From the NCBI GenBank assembly GCA_019058275.1, contig JAHLVW010000099.1, positions 16,321 to 80,320 on the forward strand: 64,000 nt of DNA. The letters run 5' to 3'. The position numbers and the translations under genes are program-made. The notes under the pieces were generated by a model that ran no database searches, was not told where the DNA came from, and saw only the letters and a list, made by a program, of their open reading frames with translations. Positions 41,328 to 52,048 of this stretch are shown here, piece by piece. Source of the DNA: Candidatus Heimdallarchaeota archaeon (lineage in GTDB: Archaea; Asgardarchaeota; Heimdallarchaeia; JABLTI01). The number at the start of each line of letters is the position of its first letter. Within the stretch, counting starts at the first letter, position 1.

Positions 41328-41528
41328 AATAGAAAATGATAGCTTTACATTTATTAAGTTATTATTTACCGCACATCCGAGAGTTTAGATAGAAGAAATT
41401 TATAACAGCAGAAACTTTATACTTTTTTTCAGCCAATGCAGTGATTTTTGTCTTAAATCCATCTAGAATTAACTTTTTTAAACCCATTTTTTTGACTAAT
41501 AAATAGATGAATATCTGTGTGATTTGAA

Positions 41529-42683
41529 ATGAAATATTTAGTGTTAGGTTCTGGGCTTATGGGACGAGCAGCTGCTTTCGATTTAGCTAACAATGAAGAT
41601 ACAGAAGAAGTTAGATTAGCTGATATTGATTTCGAATTAGCAAAATCAATTGCTAAATGGATTAATAGTTCCAAAGTAAAACCAATTCATGTTGATGTTA
41701 ATGACAATTCTAAAGTTTTAGATGCAATGAAGGGAGTAGATTCTGTTGTTGCTTGTATTTCCTACAACTATAATTTTGCTCTAACTGATGCTGCAATTAA
41801 GTCCGGAGCAAATTTCTGTGATCTTGGTGGAAATAATACTGTTGTAGCAAAACAATTTACTTTAGATGAACAAGCAAAGAAGGCAGGTGTAACAGTAATC
41901 CCTGATTGTGGTTTAGCACCTGGGGTAGCTAGCATTATTATTGTTGATGGTATAAACAAAATGGATTCATTAGAGGAAATTCACATAAGAGTTGGCGGAT
42001 TACCTCAAAATCCCAAACCACCTTTGAATTACTCGCTCATTTTTTCCGTTCAAGGATTAACAAATGAGTATATTGAGATTGCTGAAGTAATAAGAGATGG
42101 TAAACTTACTAAGGTTGAATCATTAACTGAAATTGAGGAGATTATTTTCCCTGAACCTTTTGGAAAACTAGAAGCTTTCCAAACCTCAGGTGGTACTTCC
42201 ACATTACCAAAAACACTACTTGGTAAAGTTAAGGAGTTAGATTACAAAACTATTCGATACAAAGGTCATTGCGAGAAAATGAAAACGATACTTGACCTTG
42301 GTTTCAGAAATAAAGATGAAATTGATTATAAGGGATGCAAGATCTCTCCTCGTGAATTCCTCGAGGAAATGTTAATCAAATCTTTAACACATGATGATGT
42401 TCGAGATGTTTCTCTTGTCCGTATAGAAGTGATTGGTTTTAAAGATCAAAAAAAAATGAAGGCTTCCTATCAAATAATTGATTATTATGATGAGGAAAAC
42501 GATCTTACATCTATGATGAGAATGACCTCATATCCAGCTGCGATTATAGCTCATATGATGGCTAAAGGTGAAGTAGCTAGAAAAGGTGTCATTACTCAAG
42601 AATTCAATGTTCCTTCAAAGCTCATGATAAATGAACTAATAAAACGAAATGTAGATATTGAAGAAAAATTCGAGAAAATGTAA
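41529..42683 (+). CDS. saccharopine/lysine dehydrogenase family protein
   Basis: GSGLMG Rossmann motif, DLGG, DCGLAPG, VGGLP and KTIRY.GH. Confidence 0.9.
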   Translation: MKYLVLGSGLMGRAAAFDLANNEDTEEVRLADIDFELAKSIAKWINSSKVKPIHVDVNDNSKVLDAMKGVDSVVACISYNYNFALTDAAIKSGANFCDLGGNNTVVAKQFTLDEQAKKAGVTVIPDCGLAPGVASIIIVDGINKMDSLEEIHIRVGGLPQNPKPPLNYSLIFSVQGLTNEYIEIAEVIRDGKLTKVESLTEIEEIIFPEPFGKLEAFQTSGGTSTLPKTLLGKVKELDYKTIRYKGHCEKMKTILDLGFRNKDEIDYKGCKISPREFLEEMLIKSLTHDDVRDVSLVRIEVIGFKDQKKMKASYQIIDYYDEENDLTSMMRMTSYPAAIIAHMMAKGEVARKGVITQEFNVPSKLMINELIKRNVDIEEKFEKM

Positions 42684-42716
42684 TTACATTTATTAGTTTA
42701 ATAATAAATGAGAAAT

Positions 42717-43163
42717 TTACATTTCAAAATTAATTACAAAAGACTCTTGATCAGAATTTTCTATTGCACAGGGTCGAATTTCTCTTATTTTTTTAATCGC
42801 TGTATTGCCATCCTTTATCCCATAAATGAATTTCTCAGCAATTGCTAACATTAAACCAGTCCTACCACAACCAGCTATACAATGAACTAAAACAGGTTTC
42901 TTTTCTTTTCGACTTCTCTCAATAATATTGAGAAATTCTTCAACTTGCTTCTTTTCGGGGGTATGATAATCTTCAATGAATATTCTGTGATGCTCAAAGT
43001 TTTCCTTTAGATAATCAATATCTTTTATTCTATCAATTTCCTCTGTCAATGAAATAATTACTTTAATTCCCTTTTCTTTTATTTCAATTAGATCAGCTAG
43101 CTCAAATGGAATCTCTGCACCATACAACTCTTTATCCTTTACTTTATAGATATCATAACCCAA
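42717..43163 (-). CDS. dual-specificity protein phosphatase
   Basis: VHCIAGCGRTG P-loop and IR..RP.AIE..Q. Confidence 0.92.
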   Translation of the reverse strand: MGYDIYKVKDKELYGAEIPFELADLIEIKEKGIKVIISLTEEIDRIKDIDYLKENFEHHRIFIEDYHTPEKKQVEEFLNIIERSRKEKKPVLVHCIAGCGRTGLMLAIAEKFIYGIKDGNTAIKKIREIRPCAIENSDQESFVINFEM

Positions 43164-43222
43164 ATTTAATCACTGTAGTTTTATTTTAATGATATTAGAA
43201 AGAGTAACATTTGATATTAAAT

Positions 43223-43786
43223 CTATTTATCATCTAGTCCCCAAAACTTTTTTTCAGCTCCTGCTGCTTCTTTTCTCTTTCTTACTGTTTCGGGATCAGC
43301 TAATTCCTCGTCCTCTTCTTCATTTTCTTTTGCTATTTTCCTTGCACGCAGGTAAAAGGAAACAACTGAGATTGCTAATATAAATGCTGCAAGAATACCA
43401 ATTGTGGTTGTTATTGGATTTCCACTAGTGCTATATAGGTCTAATTCTAACTCGTAAAATCCTTGAGAGTAACCATAGGATGATATTACAAAATATACTG
43501 TAGAACTATTATTAATTTCAAAAGTCTTAGTTTCATCCAAAGCTATTTCCTTTTTCACACCATTAACTGTTGCATTAATTGAATCACCAGTAGTTACGGT
43601 TACACTAATGCTTCCATTGAAGTATAAATCTGATTCCAAATCTAGTAGCTCTTTACTATCATTGTTAATAACAAAATCTTTTTTAGTATAGTCACTACTA
43701 GTAGGATGTAAAACTAATAACAAACTCGATAGTACTAATGAGATAATTATAGAACTTTTTAGTAATGATTTGTTTTTTAACCTCAT
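43223..43786 (-). CDS. hypothetical single-pass membrane protein
   Basis: Signal peptide, beta-rich domain, TM and charged tail. Confidence 0.7.
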   Translation of the reverse strand: MRLKNKSLLKSSIIISLVLSSLLLVLHPTSSDYTKKDFVINNDSKELLDLESDLYFNGSISVTVTTGDSINATVNGVKKEIALDETKTFEINNSSTVYFVISSYGYSQGFYELELDLYSTSGNPITTTIGILAAFILAISVVSFYLRARKIAKENEEEDEELADPETVRKRKEAAGAEKKFWGLDDK

Positions 43787-43797
43787 AGTCTATCTCT

Positions 43798-45219
43798 TCA
43801 TTCTTTCTTTATTTCATCTAATTTTGTGATGGTTCCAAATTCCTCGGATGACTCATCTAATTCTTGAATTTCTTTAGACTCCTCATCTATCATATCGAAG
43901 ACAATGAATTCTTCGCCGGAATCTGTTTTCACAACAGTATATGTGTCTTCTTTTGTAGCACCATTCTTTTTCTTCAATTGTTTTTCTAAAACTTCTTTGT
44001 TTATTATTTCAACTTCCAATTTGCTTTTCTTTATAATATTAAACAAATAACGACCTAATCGTTCGTTAGTCTCGAATTTTAATTCAATGAAATTTGGTTG
44101 AAATATCTCTTCTGTAATTCTTGTTTTATCGTGGATCGAGGATAATAATGACATTCCTTCATTAGTGTTTGGTATTTTCAAATGGAATTTATAAGTCTCA
44201 ATAATAGTAAGTATTTCTTTTTTAAGAAGTTCAATATTAATCTGATTTTTTGCACTTATCTTTACAGGATTTTTTCTTAATGATGCTTTCACAATTTCTA
44301 CTTTTTCGTCTATTTTTTGCGCAAGATCTATTTTATTTATAACAGGGATTAATGGAATTTTTTCTGCTTTTATAGCTGTAAGTGTATTAATTGAAGCAAG
44401 TACCTTACGCTTAATATTTTCTACTGAATCATTTCCATCGATAAGTAGCAAGATTAAATCTGCTTCAATTATTTCTTTTAGAGTGGCATAGAAAGCATCC
44501 ATTAAAATATGAGGTAACCGTGAAATGAAGCCAACAGTATCTGTCACAAGGATTTTTCTTCCATGTGCATCAAAGCTTCTAGTTATAGTATCAAGTGTTG
44601 TAAACATTCTTCCACTTACTTCTACATCTGCTTCTGTAAAACCATTCATTAACGTACTTTTACCTGCATTTGTATATCCTGCAATTGCTACTAAATCAAA
44701 ACCAGATTTAATTCTTCTTTTTCGTCTTAAATCCTTTGATTTTTTAATTGTTTCGAGCTTCTTCTCTAATTTTTTAACTAACAAGCTTCTTGTTCTTTTG
44801 GATCGATGGTCCTCTAATCTCGAACCACCTTCTTTTCTTAATGCGGCTAATCTGATTTGTGTTATTGCTTCTTGTGTTCCTGCTCTGTTTATGAAAATCT
44901 CAAGAATTAGTTCAAATCGGTCAATAATTGGTACATGCCACATTTTCACGAGATTACTTTCTTGTAATGAATCCAGTTTATTTTCAATAATGATAACATC
45001 AATATCAAGTTCTTTTACTCGACCTTTGATTTGTTTTGCTTTGCCTTTCCCAAAGTAATAAGCAGGACTCGGTCTAGCTAAATTCTGAATGATTCTATCT
45101 ACAACTTTGTAACCTGCTACAAAAGCTATTTCAGAAAGCTCCGATAAGTGATCTCCTTCATGTCTATCAAAAACAACTTCAACCAGTAAAGCTCTTTTTC
45201 TTGTATCTTTTGATGACAT
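43798..45219 (-). CDS. hflX: ribosome-splitting GTPase HflX
   Basis: G.GK, DRFELILEIF..RA.T.EA..Q, GYTNAGKST, FTTLD, DTVGFI..LP and NKID. Confidence 0.95.
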   Translation of the reverse strand: MSSKDTRKRALLVEVVFDRHEGDHLSELSEIAFVAGYKVVDRIIQNLARPSPAYYFGKGKAKQIKGRVKELDIDVIIIENKLDSLQESNLVKMWHVPIIDRFELILEIFINRAGTQEAITQIRLAALRKEGGSRLEDHRSKRTRSLLVKKLEKKLETIKKSKDLRRKRRIKSGFDLVAIAGYTNAGKSTLMNGFTEADVEVSGRMFTTLDTITRSFDAHGRKILVTDTVGFISRLPHILMDAFYATLKEIIEADLILLLIDGNDSVENIKRKVLASINTLTAIKAEKIPLIPVINKIDLAQKIDEKVEIVKASLRKNPVKISAKNQINIELLKKEILTIIETYKFHLKIPNTNEGMSLLSSIHDKTRITEEIFQPNFIELKFETNERLGRYLFNIIKKSKLEVEIINKEVLEKQLKKKNGATKEDTYTVVKTDSGEEFIVFDMIDEESKEIQELDESSEEFGTITKLDEIKKE

Positions 45220-45423
45220 GAGATCACAATCTTTTCTTTTGGATAATTAACCTCGACTCTAATGAAATAAAAGTTAGTCGATGAATCCCAATTGTTATTA
45301 TTAGATACAAATATCTTATTTGTTTAATGGGCATTAATCTTATGATAACACTCTTAATTGTGAAGAGATAGTTTCATAACCAATAAAAATTTAATTGACA
45401 TGATTTCAGTGAGATGATTTATT

Positions 45424-45813
45424 TTGTCAAAAGATATCCATGAAAAAAATCCTGAAGAAATTAAAAGTAGAATAAAGGAACTTGATAAATTACTACAAGA
45501 CGATCCAAAAAACATTGAAACTCTTATGGAATTATCTTCTTGTTATAGACACATGGACTATTACGATGAAACATTGAAAATTCATAACTTATTAATTTCG
45601 CTTGACCCTCAAAATGTAGACTATCACTTTATGAAAGGAATAGTTTTAGTAGAAAGCTCTCGAGAAGATGAGGCTATTGAGATTTTCGATGCTATAATAG
45701 ATAAAAATCCACAGCATCGTGATGCCTTATTTAACAAAGGGCTTGCATTGAAAAGATTAGGTAAAAACGATGAATCAAAAGCTGTTATGAAGAAAGCACA
45801 TGCACAAAGATGA
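45424..45813 (+). CDS. TPR protein
   Basis: Three TPR-like repeats (DP.N...; ALFNKGLAL..LG). Confidence 0.8.
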   Translation: MSKDIHEKNPEEIKSRIKELDKLLQDDPKNIETLMELSSCYRHMDYYDETLKIHNLLISLDPQNVDYHFMKGIVLVESSREDEAIEIFDAIIDKNPQHRDALFNKGLALKRLGKNDESKAVMKKAHAQR

Positions 45814-45891
45814 TTAGATGTTAAAAATTTAGAAATTGGAGTTTATTAATAATAAAAAAGCAAAATATATTGGATTATAAGGGATGTCAAA

Positions 45892-46959
45892 ATGGATGAA
45901 CTTATTTCTAGTGATGTTGAATCGAAAATAACAGCAAAAATTGCTAATGCTCAAAATAAATTGAAAGAAATTGTCAAAGGAATTAAGAAAATAGATTTAC
46001 AGTTCTTTGATTTATCCTCGGATATTAAACCTAGGAAAATTGCTGCACTTGATGGTGGTGGTTTTTCACAAGATTTTGTTGGATTAACAATTATACCTTC
46101 AAGAGCTGCAGGAGCTATTTTCGAACAAAATAAAGATCCCATTTGGATTGAAGAAGATGATGTTGAAATTCTTACCATGGAAGATGATCCCAAAAATTAT
46201 GGTTCTTTATTCAGAGATCTTCTAGAAGTAAAAGTTGCTTTGCAATTACTTTATTACAAACCAGATATTTTGTTTTTAGATGGTTCAATAACAAATTTTG
46301 CTTACAAAGGTATCCCTCATTCTTTACAATTTTTCCTAGAAAATGTGAAAGATATAAATGAAGGGTCCTATATTGAAAAGTTCTTCAATCTTTATCGTGA
46401 ATTTATTCAATCATCCTACAAATTGATAACTGAGTGTATTTTAAAGAATGTTATTTTAGTTGGTGTATCTAAAGACTCTCGAGCAGACATTCTTATGAAA
46501 TACCTTTATAGGAATTCTAAAAAACGTCCTCCAATTAATGATGTTTCTCTGATCAATCTTTTATCGCGTGGTAAACAAGGATTCACAAAACCAATAGAAT
46601 TTTCTCCTGAAATAAGCAGTGTTAGAAAAAACATCTGGAAAGCAGCAGAAGTATTCCAAGAAGATGAACTTCAATCCTTTTACCTTTCATATTTTGTATT
46701 AAAAGATGGTGCTCTGCCAATAAGAGTGGATTCACTTGTTCCCCAAAAAGATAAATTAAAAGAAATTCAAGAAGCAATGATTACATATCATGACGGAAAT
46801 GGTTTTATTACTCCAGCTTATTTGACACATAAGCGTGCACATATGACATCTGATTATGGAAATAGAATAGTAAATATAATTGCTGAGAGAGTCTTAGATG
46901 ATTCTCCTGAAATTTTCAAAGCATTTATGACCATGAGAAGGCGAGATATTATACAATAG
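45892..46959 (+). CDS. nurA: NurA-family nuclease
   Basis: AALDGG, LE, LFLDGS, GVSKDS and a C-terminal G...P.YL.H..A motif. Confidence 0.8.
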   Translation: MDELISSDVESKITAKIANAQNKLKEIVKGIKKIDLQFFDLSSDIKPRKIAALDGGGFSQDFVGLTIIPSRAAGAIFEQNKDPIWIEEDDVEILTMEDDPKNYGSLFRDLLEVKVALQLLYYKPDILFLDGSITNFAYKGIPHSLQFFLENVKDINEGSYIEKFFNLYREFIQSSYKLITECILKNVILVGVSKDSRADILMKYLYRNSKKRPPINDVSLINLLSRGKQGFTKPIEFSPEISSVRKNIWKAAEVFQEDELQSFYLSYFVLKDGALPIRVDSLVPQKDKLKEIQEAMITYHDGNGFITPAYLTHKRAHMTSDYGNRIVNIIAERVLDDSPEIFKAFMTMRRRDIIQ

Positions 46960-47035
46960 GTTGTTTCAATTTTAAAAAAACTATGAAAAGTCCCTATCGA
47001 AATATATTTTATTCATTAGTGAAGATATAACTACT

Positions 47036-48028
47036 ATGTCTAAAGATCGAAATGTGAAGACAAAAGTTGTTCTTTTTTGTGGACTTTCAAATGCAGGAAA
47101 AACAACTATTCTAAATATTTTTACAAAAGGGGATGTTTTCAAAACAGCTCCAACATTAGGTGTATCTCTTAGCACAATGTCCGTTAAAGATATGAATTTT
47201 CGTATTTTCGATTTGGGTGGACAAGAGAAATTTAGAGAAGAAATCACTCCTCTTTTACCTTTTGCTGATCTCATTGTTTTTGTTGTGGATTCAGCCAATC
47301 GAAAACAAATGTCAGAAGTTAGTAAGGAATTCAAGAGAATTCTAAGTAATTCTAATAAGAAATTAATACCCATTTGTGTTTTAAGGCACAAATCTGATTT
47401 GAAGCATGCGATTAAAGAAAATACTCTTATTAAGAAACTCGGATTAAAAACTGTTCTTAATAGAAATTGGAATATGTTAAGCACTAGTGCTGTCACTTTA
47501 AATGGTTTAAAAGATCTATATAGTTGGATTCTACAGGAAACTATTGGCGAAGAACCTGATTTTAAAGTAGATAAAAAGATTGAGGAAGAATTTTCGTTCT
47601 ACTATCCATGTCCAATGTTAAAAGATATGGATAATGGTTCAACCTTTTGCATGAATAAAGATGAGTTCATCGAAACTGAACTACAAAGTTATGGGTTTGA
47701 GGACGAAGTTAGTAAAATGGTTGTAAAGGTTTTACCTGATTTGCGCAAGGAAAGTGAAGCTAATTCAGGGAAGTTGATATGTCCTGATTTCTGTATTTTA
47801 AAGAACGGAGAAAAAATCATACGTTGTCCAGTTACTAATTATAGACTTCAGACTCGTGGAATCAAGGTTACTCAAAAAAGATATGAGGATGCTCATTTTC
47901 TATCACAAATTTATGGACAGAAAATTGGATCAGAAATCTGTCGTGAGTGTATTTACAAATTAATAATTTCCCCAGATACAATTCTTAGTGATGAAGATAT
48001 TAAAAGTCTAAAAAAGATACCAATATGA
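47036..48028 (+). CDS. Arf/Arl-like small GTPase with Cys-rich C-terminal domain
   Basis: GLSNAGKTT, PTLG, FDLGGQEKFR, FVVDS, HKSD, R.W...TSA and GL...YSW; C-terminal CP, CPDFC, RCP and CREC. Confidence 0.9.
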   Translation: MSKDRNVKTKVVLFCGLSNAGKTTILNIFTKGDVFKTAPTLGVSLSTMSVKDMNFRIFDLGGQEKFREEITPLLPFADLIVFVVDSANRKQMSEVSKEFKRILSNSNKKLIPICVLRHKSDLKHAIKENTLIKKLGLKTVLNRNWNMLSTSAVTLNGLKDLYSWILQETIGEEPDFKVDKKIEEEFSFYYPCPMLKDMDNGSTFCMNKDEFIETELQSYGFEDEVSKMVVKVLPDLRKESEANSGKLICPDFCILKNGEKIIRCPVTNYRLQTRGIKVTQKRYEDAHFLSQIYGQKIGSEICRECIYKLIISPDTILSDEDIKSLKKIPI

Positions 48029-48111
48029 TCTTCAATTAAAAATACTTCAGTAAATAAATTTAAGAAATTTAAAACAAAGAATTATACACCAAAAATGATT
48101 TTGAACCTTTC

Positions 48112-50892
48112 ATGTGTTGTAAGATGGCTACTCAACAGAATTTGACTTTTATGTTGATTGATATCGACTATATCGTTAAGCAATCAGATACTTCGCCAAC
48201 AATTAGGCTATATGGTAAAACAAAAAATCATAGAATTCTCCTTAAAATCAAAGATTTTCTTCCTTATTTCTATGTTACAGCAAAGAAAGGATTAGAGTCG
48301 TTCATTTCAAATAATGCAGTAATTAACAAATGGAAACGAAAAAGCGAAGAGACTGTTAAGAAAAGATACTTTGGTGGAGAAGAAATAAAGCTTATCAAAA
48401 TATATGGTTCGCATCCGGAACAAACACCTACTATAAGACAGCAATTTGTTAATGCAGGTTTTGAAATCCATGAAGCAGATATTCCTTTTATCAAAAGATT
48501 TTTACTAGATACTTCATTGCGAGGATTAAATATCATTTCCGCAATTGTATCAAATTTCAATGAAGAGAATGATATAATCACAGCTGAAGCAAGTTATAAG
48601 AATTTGAAACCTGCAAAGAAAACCTTAGTAAGTTCAGCTGATTTCTTCTACAAACTGAAAATTATGGCACTTGACATTGAAGTAGATCATCAAAACGAAA
48701 CTATGCAACAATTGATTGGTGATAAAAATAAGAGAATCACTGCGATTTCATCAGTTTGGGGTACTGACCAATTTAATGGAAAAAATAAAGTTTTCATTTT
48801 ACGAGAGAATAGTGATCAAGATGAAAAAAGATTGATTTATGATTTTTTGAAAGCTCTTGAGAATATTCAACCAGATGTTTTAATTACCTTTAATGGTGAT
48901 AATTTTGATTTACCTTACCTTTTAGCTCGAATGGAAAAACTGGGAATTGATACATCGCTACTTTCAATTTTCCAAGTAGATTCAGTTTTCTACTCAAATC
49001 GCTATAGGAGCTATAGAATTAAGGGGCGTATTTCTTATGACATCTCACCTAGAACTTGGGGGATACATCCAATATCCGGAAAGAAAGGATTAGGTGATAT
49101 CGCTGAAACAATTCTTGGAAAAGAGAAGGTATATTTAGAACATACTACAGGTGAAATTTGGCGTTCTGGTTTTTTGAAAGGTAATAAAAAAGATCAAAAA
49201 AAACTCAAGAAATATTCCTTAATGGATAGTAAATTAACATACGAATTAACTTGGAAATTAGGAGTACCAGGTTGGTTGGAAGTTATAAGATTAACTGGAT
49301 ATCCTCCAGCTGAAGCTCCAGGCAGTACAGAGAGAATTCATGGGGAATTTGAACTAATGAGATTTGCTGGAGTTCAAAATGTTCTGATACCTATGGCTCC
49401 AAGTGATGAAGAAGTTGCTAGAAGAAGGGTGGAGAGAAGGAAAAATCCACATACTGGAGGAACAGTTCTGATTCCAAAGGGTACTTTACATTTAGGTGTG
49501 ATCATTACAGATTTTCGTAGCATGTATCCATCTGTCTGTGTTGCGCATAATATTGGTGGGGAAAATTTGAAGAAATTTAAAGAGATTGAAAATGTTGATC
49601 CATTAGAACTTTTTCACCCCAAACCTCAATCCTGTCTTTCTTTGATGCAAGAAACATTGATTCAAAGGAGAGAAGAAACTAAAGCTACTATTAGAAAAAT
49701 TGACAGTTTGTTAGATAAATCAGATGATAAGAAATCCAAAGATAAATTACTCTTTAGAAGAGAAGTTTTGGACAAAGAACAGTATTCCATGAAAATAGTA
49801 GCAAATTCAATGTATGGAGCTCACAACTATATTAGAAGTCGTTTTTATTCAATTACTTTAGGCAATGCAATAACTAACATTGCTAGAACATATATCTTAA
49901 GAATGGAAAAATTACTCGAGGATGTTTCTAAAAAAGTTACTCCTGTCGAGATTATCTATGGTGATACTGATAGTGCTTTCATTAAAATTTTAGATGAAAC
50001 CCTGGTTTCTGCCATCTTTAATGAAAGTGATCCATCTAAGAAACAAAAATTAATGGAGCAATTAGTAACTATAACAAATAATATTCTAAAAAATCTCAAT
50101 TCCAAATTCCCTGAAGCAATGGAATTAACTTTAGAGGATATTGCATACAAACTTATTTTTAAACCTGGAAGAGCAAAAGCATATAGCTATTTCAGTTTAT
50201 TAACAAATAATCTCAAAATTACTGGTTTTGAAGCTGTTCGTTCTGATTGGTCAATTCTCTCAAGAGAAGCACAAACTAAAGTTCTCGAGTTAATCTTAAA
50301 GGAACCTCATGTTCAGGTAATTTCTCAAAGTGATACTGAAAAACATGATGATCCAGGAATTCAGAAAGCTAAAGAGTATTTATTTGAACTAGGAATTACA
50401 ATTTTGCAGATGCCTTCAAAGGAGTTAATATCCAAAGCAGTTATTCTTTCACCTATTAAGAGAGCTCCTACAAAATATAAAACCAAAATGCCTGTTATTC
50501 AGGCTTTCCTTGATTATGCTAAGAAAGAAAATCTTGATCCTGAAACTTCATGGAAGGATATTGATAAATTCCAATGGGTTATAACTCCTGGCAAAGGTAT
50601 TCTTAGCGATCGTGCTAGACATCCTAAATATGCCAAAGATATTGATCGAGACCATTATATAACTGAAATTTTGAGAGCTTCTGAAGGTTTCGGTTTGAAA
50701 ATTTCTTTACAGGAAATAAAAAACAAGCTTTTAGTGGAACCAATTGATGAAATCTTTGAGAGAATAAAGAATGCTTCATCTGATACTGAAACTATAATCA
50801 ATCAAGATGAAATTAGATACAATGAAACAAAGAAGGTCAAAAAACCTAGGTCTAAACAAACAAAGATAAGTAAATTTTTCGAAGAAAATTAA
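48112..50892 (+). CDS. polB: family B DNA polymerase with 3'-5' exonuclease
   Basis: HEADIPF, DIE, FNGDNFDLPYL, YSLMD, DFRSMYPS, KIVANSMYG, YGDTDS and GFEAVRSDW. Confidence 0.95.
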   Translation: MCCKMATQQNLTFMLIDIDYIVKQSDTSPTIRLYGKTKNHRILLKIKDFLPYFYVTAKKGLESFISNNAVINKWKRKSEETVKKRYFGGEEIKLIKIYGSHPEQTPTIRQQFVNAGFEIHEADIPFIKRFLLDTSLRGLNIISAIVSNFNEENDIITAEASYKNLKPAKKTLVSSADFFYKLKIMALDIEVDHQNETMQQLIGDKNKRITAISSVWGTDQFNGKNKVFILRENSDQDEKRLIYDFLKALENIQPDVLITFNGDNFDLPYLLARMEKLGIDTSLLSIFQVDSVFYSNRYRSYRIKGRISYDISPRTWGIHPISGKKGLGDIAETILGKEKVYLEHTTGEIWRSGFLKGNKKDQKKLKKYSLMDSKLTYELTWKLGVPGWLEVIRLTGYPPAEAPGSTERIHGEFELMRFAGVQNVLIPMAPSDEEVARRRVERRKNPHTGGTVLIPKGTLHLGVIITDFRSMYPSVCVAHNIGGENLKKFKEIENVDPLELFHPKPQSCLSLMQETLIQRREETKATIRKIDSLLDKSDDKKSKDKLLFRREVLDKEQYSMKIVANSMYGAHNYIRSRFYSITLGNAITNIARTYILRMEKLLEDVSKKVTPVEIIYGDTDSAFIKILDETLVSAIFNESDPSKKQKLMEQLVTITNNILKNLNSKFPEAMELTLEDIAYKLIFKPGRAKAYSYFSLLTNNLKITGFEAVRSDWSILSREAQTKVLELILKEPHVQVISQSDTEKHDDPGIQKAKEYLFELGITILQMPSKELISKAVILSPIKRAPTKYKTKMPVIQAFLDYAKKENLDPETSWKDIDKFQWVITPGKGILSDRARHPKYAKDIDRDHYITEILRASEGFGLKISLQEIKNKLLVEPIDEIFERIKNASSDTETIINQDEIRYNETKKVKKPRSKQTKISKFFEEN

Positions 50893-50960
50893 TTCACAGT
50901 AATTTGTCTTCTTTTAAAATATGAAAATATTAGAAAAGAAGTTAGTTAAAGATAAGAGCT

Positions 50961-51122
50961 TTAAATAACTGTTTGTTCTTTTTCTCTTTTCTCTTTTCCT
51001 TTTTCTACTCTACCTATTACGAATTTAACTAAATAATAACCAATCACTATGGGCAATGCAAAAATAAATCCACATAAAATCGTTCCGAGAAATTGCCAAC
51101 CGAAATTTGTGCTGCCTGCCAA
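50961..51122 (-). CDS. small (53 aa) single-TM protein absent from the ORF track
   Basis: GGTGA Shine-Dalgarno then TTG; MAGSTNFGWQFLGTILCGFIFALPIVIGYYLVKFVIGRVEKGKE... with a basic tail. Confidence 0.55.
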   Translation of the reverse strand: MAGSTNFGWQFLGTILCGFIFALPIVIGYYLVKFVIGRVEKGKEKREKEQTVI

Positions 51123-51245
51123 TTTGTTCACCAATCTAATTTATCAATATATCTGAAATATAATTAACTTATAAGACTTTTTACGATTTCAAATGATACT
51201 TTTTTTCTAGTTTTTGATATATTTAACTTAATCGCTACTTACATA

Positions 51246-51917
51246 TTAATGCAATAATTCATTCAAGCTTTTTATAATGTAATCTGGATGAACACTTTTT
51301 ATTTCTTCATAGTTGTGTTTACCAGTAGTTACTGCAACGATTTTGATGTTTCCTCGTTTTGCTGCTTCAATATCATGAGTGGAATCACCAATTATTAAAC
51401 AATGAGATATGTCAAAATTCGCTTTCTTAGCTGCTTTCAGAAAAACCTCTGGATCAGGTTTGCCAATTATAATATCCTCACAAGTAATTACTGTAGTAAA
51501 GAACCTAAGAAGGTCTGTATCCTTCAACATCTTGGTAACATTAAATTTTGGTGTTGAAGACGCTAAACACAATTTGAGATTTTTAGATTTTAGGAATTCT
51601 AATAAATCAACAGTTCCATCCAAAATTGGTATATCTGTTAATAGAGTTGTTAAGATCTCTTCTTTTCTATTTACAAGATTTTCAAGTCGTTCTTTATCAT
51701 CTTCTAATGTCGAAATTAATGTTAGTAGGGTGTCTTTTGGTGTTCGACCCATATTTTCTTCTATTCGTAATGTTGGGATATCAATTTTTATCTCTTTGAA
51801 AAGGATTTCAAAAGCTCGAATATGTTTATTTAAAGTATCAATAATTGTTCCATCCAAATCGAAAATAATACACTTGATATTCCATTGTTTTATTAATTGA
51901 TCAATTAAAGTCATCAT
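51246..51917 (-). CDS. HAD family phosphatase
   Basis: IFDLDGT, ASS, KPDPE and IGDS..D. Confidence 0.92.
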   Translation of the reverse strand: MMTLIDQLIKQWNIKCIIFDLDGTIIDTLNKHIRAFEILFKEIKIDIPTLRIEENMGRTPKDTLLTLISTLEDDKERLENLVNRKEEILTTLLTDIPILDGTVDLLEFLKSKNLKLCLASSTPKFNVTKMLKDTDLLRFFTTVITCEDIIIGKPDPEVFLKAAKKANFDISHCLIIGDSTHDIEAAKRGNIKIVAVTTGKHNYEEIKSVHPDYIIKSLNELLH

Positions 51918-52048
51918 TCATCAACAAGATTACAAATAACTAGATTATAATTATTATTTCAATAAAGATTTATCTAATTGTCATTTTTAATAGTACAAAA
52001 TAGAATTAAAGTTTAAAGAGCATGGATGAATAGAAGGTATAATATTAA

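Noticed and set aside
48112-50892. PolB as the marker of a casposon or provirus
   Set aside because: It is a cellular-type PolB among housekeeping genes, with no Cas1, integrase, capsid gene or terminal repeats nearby.
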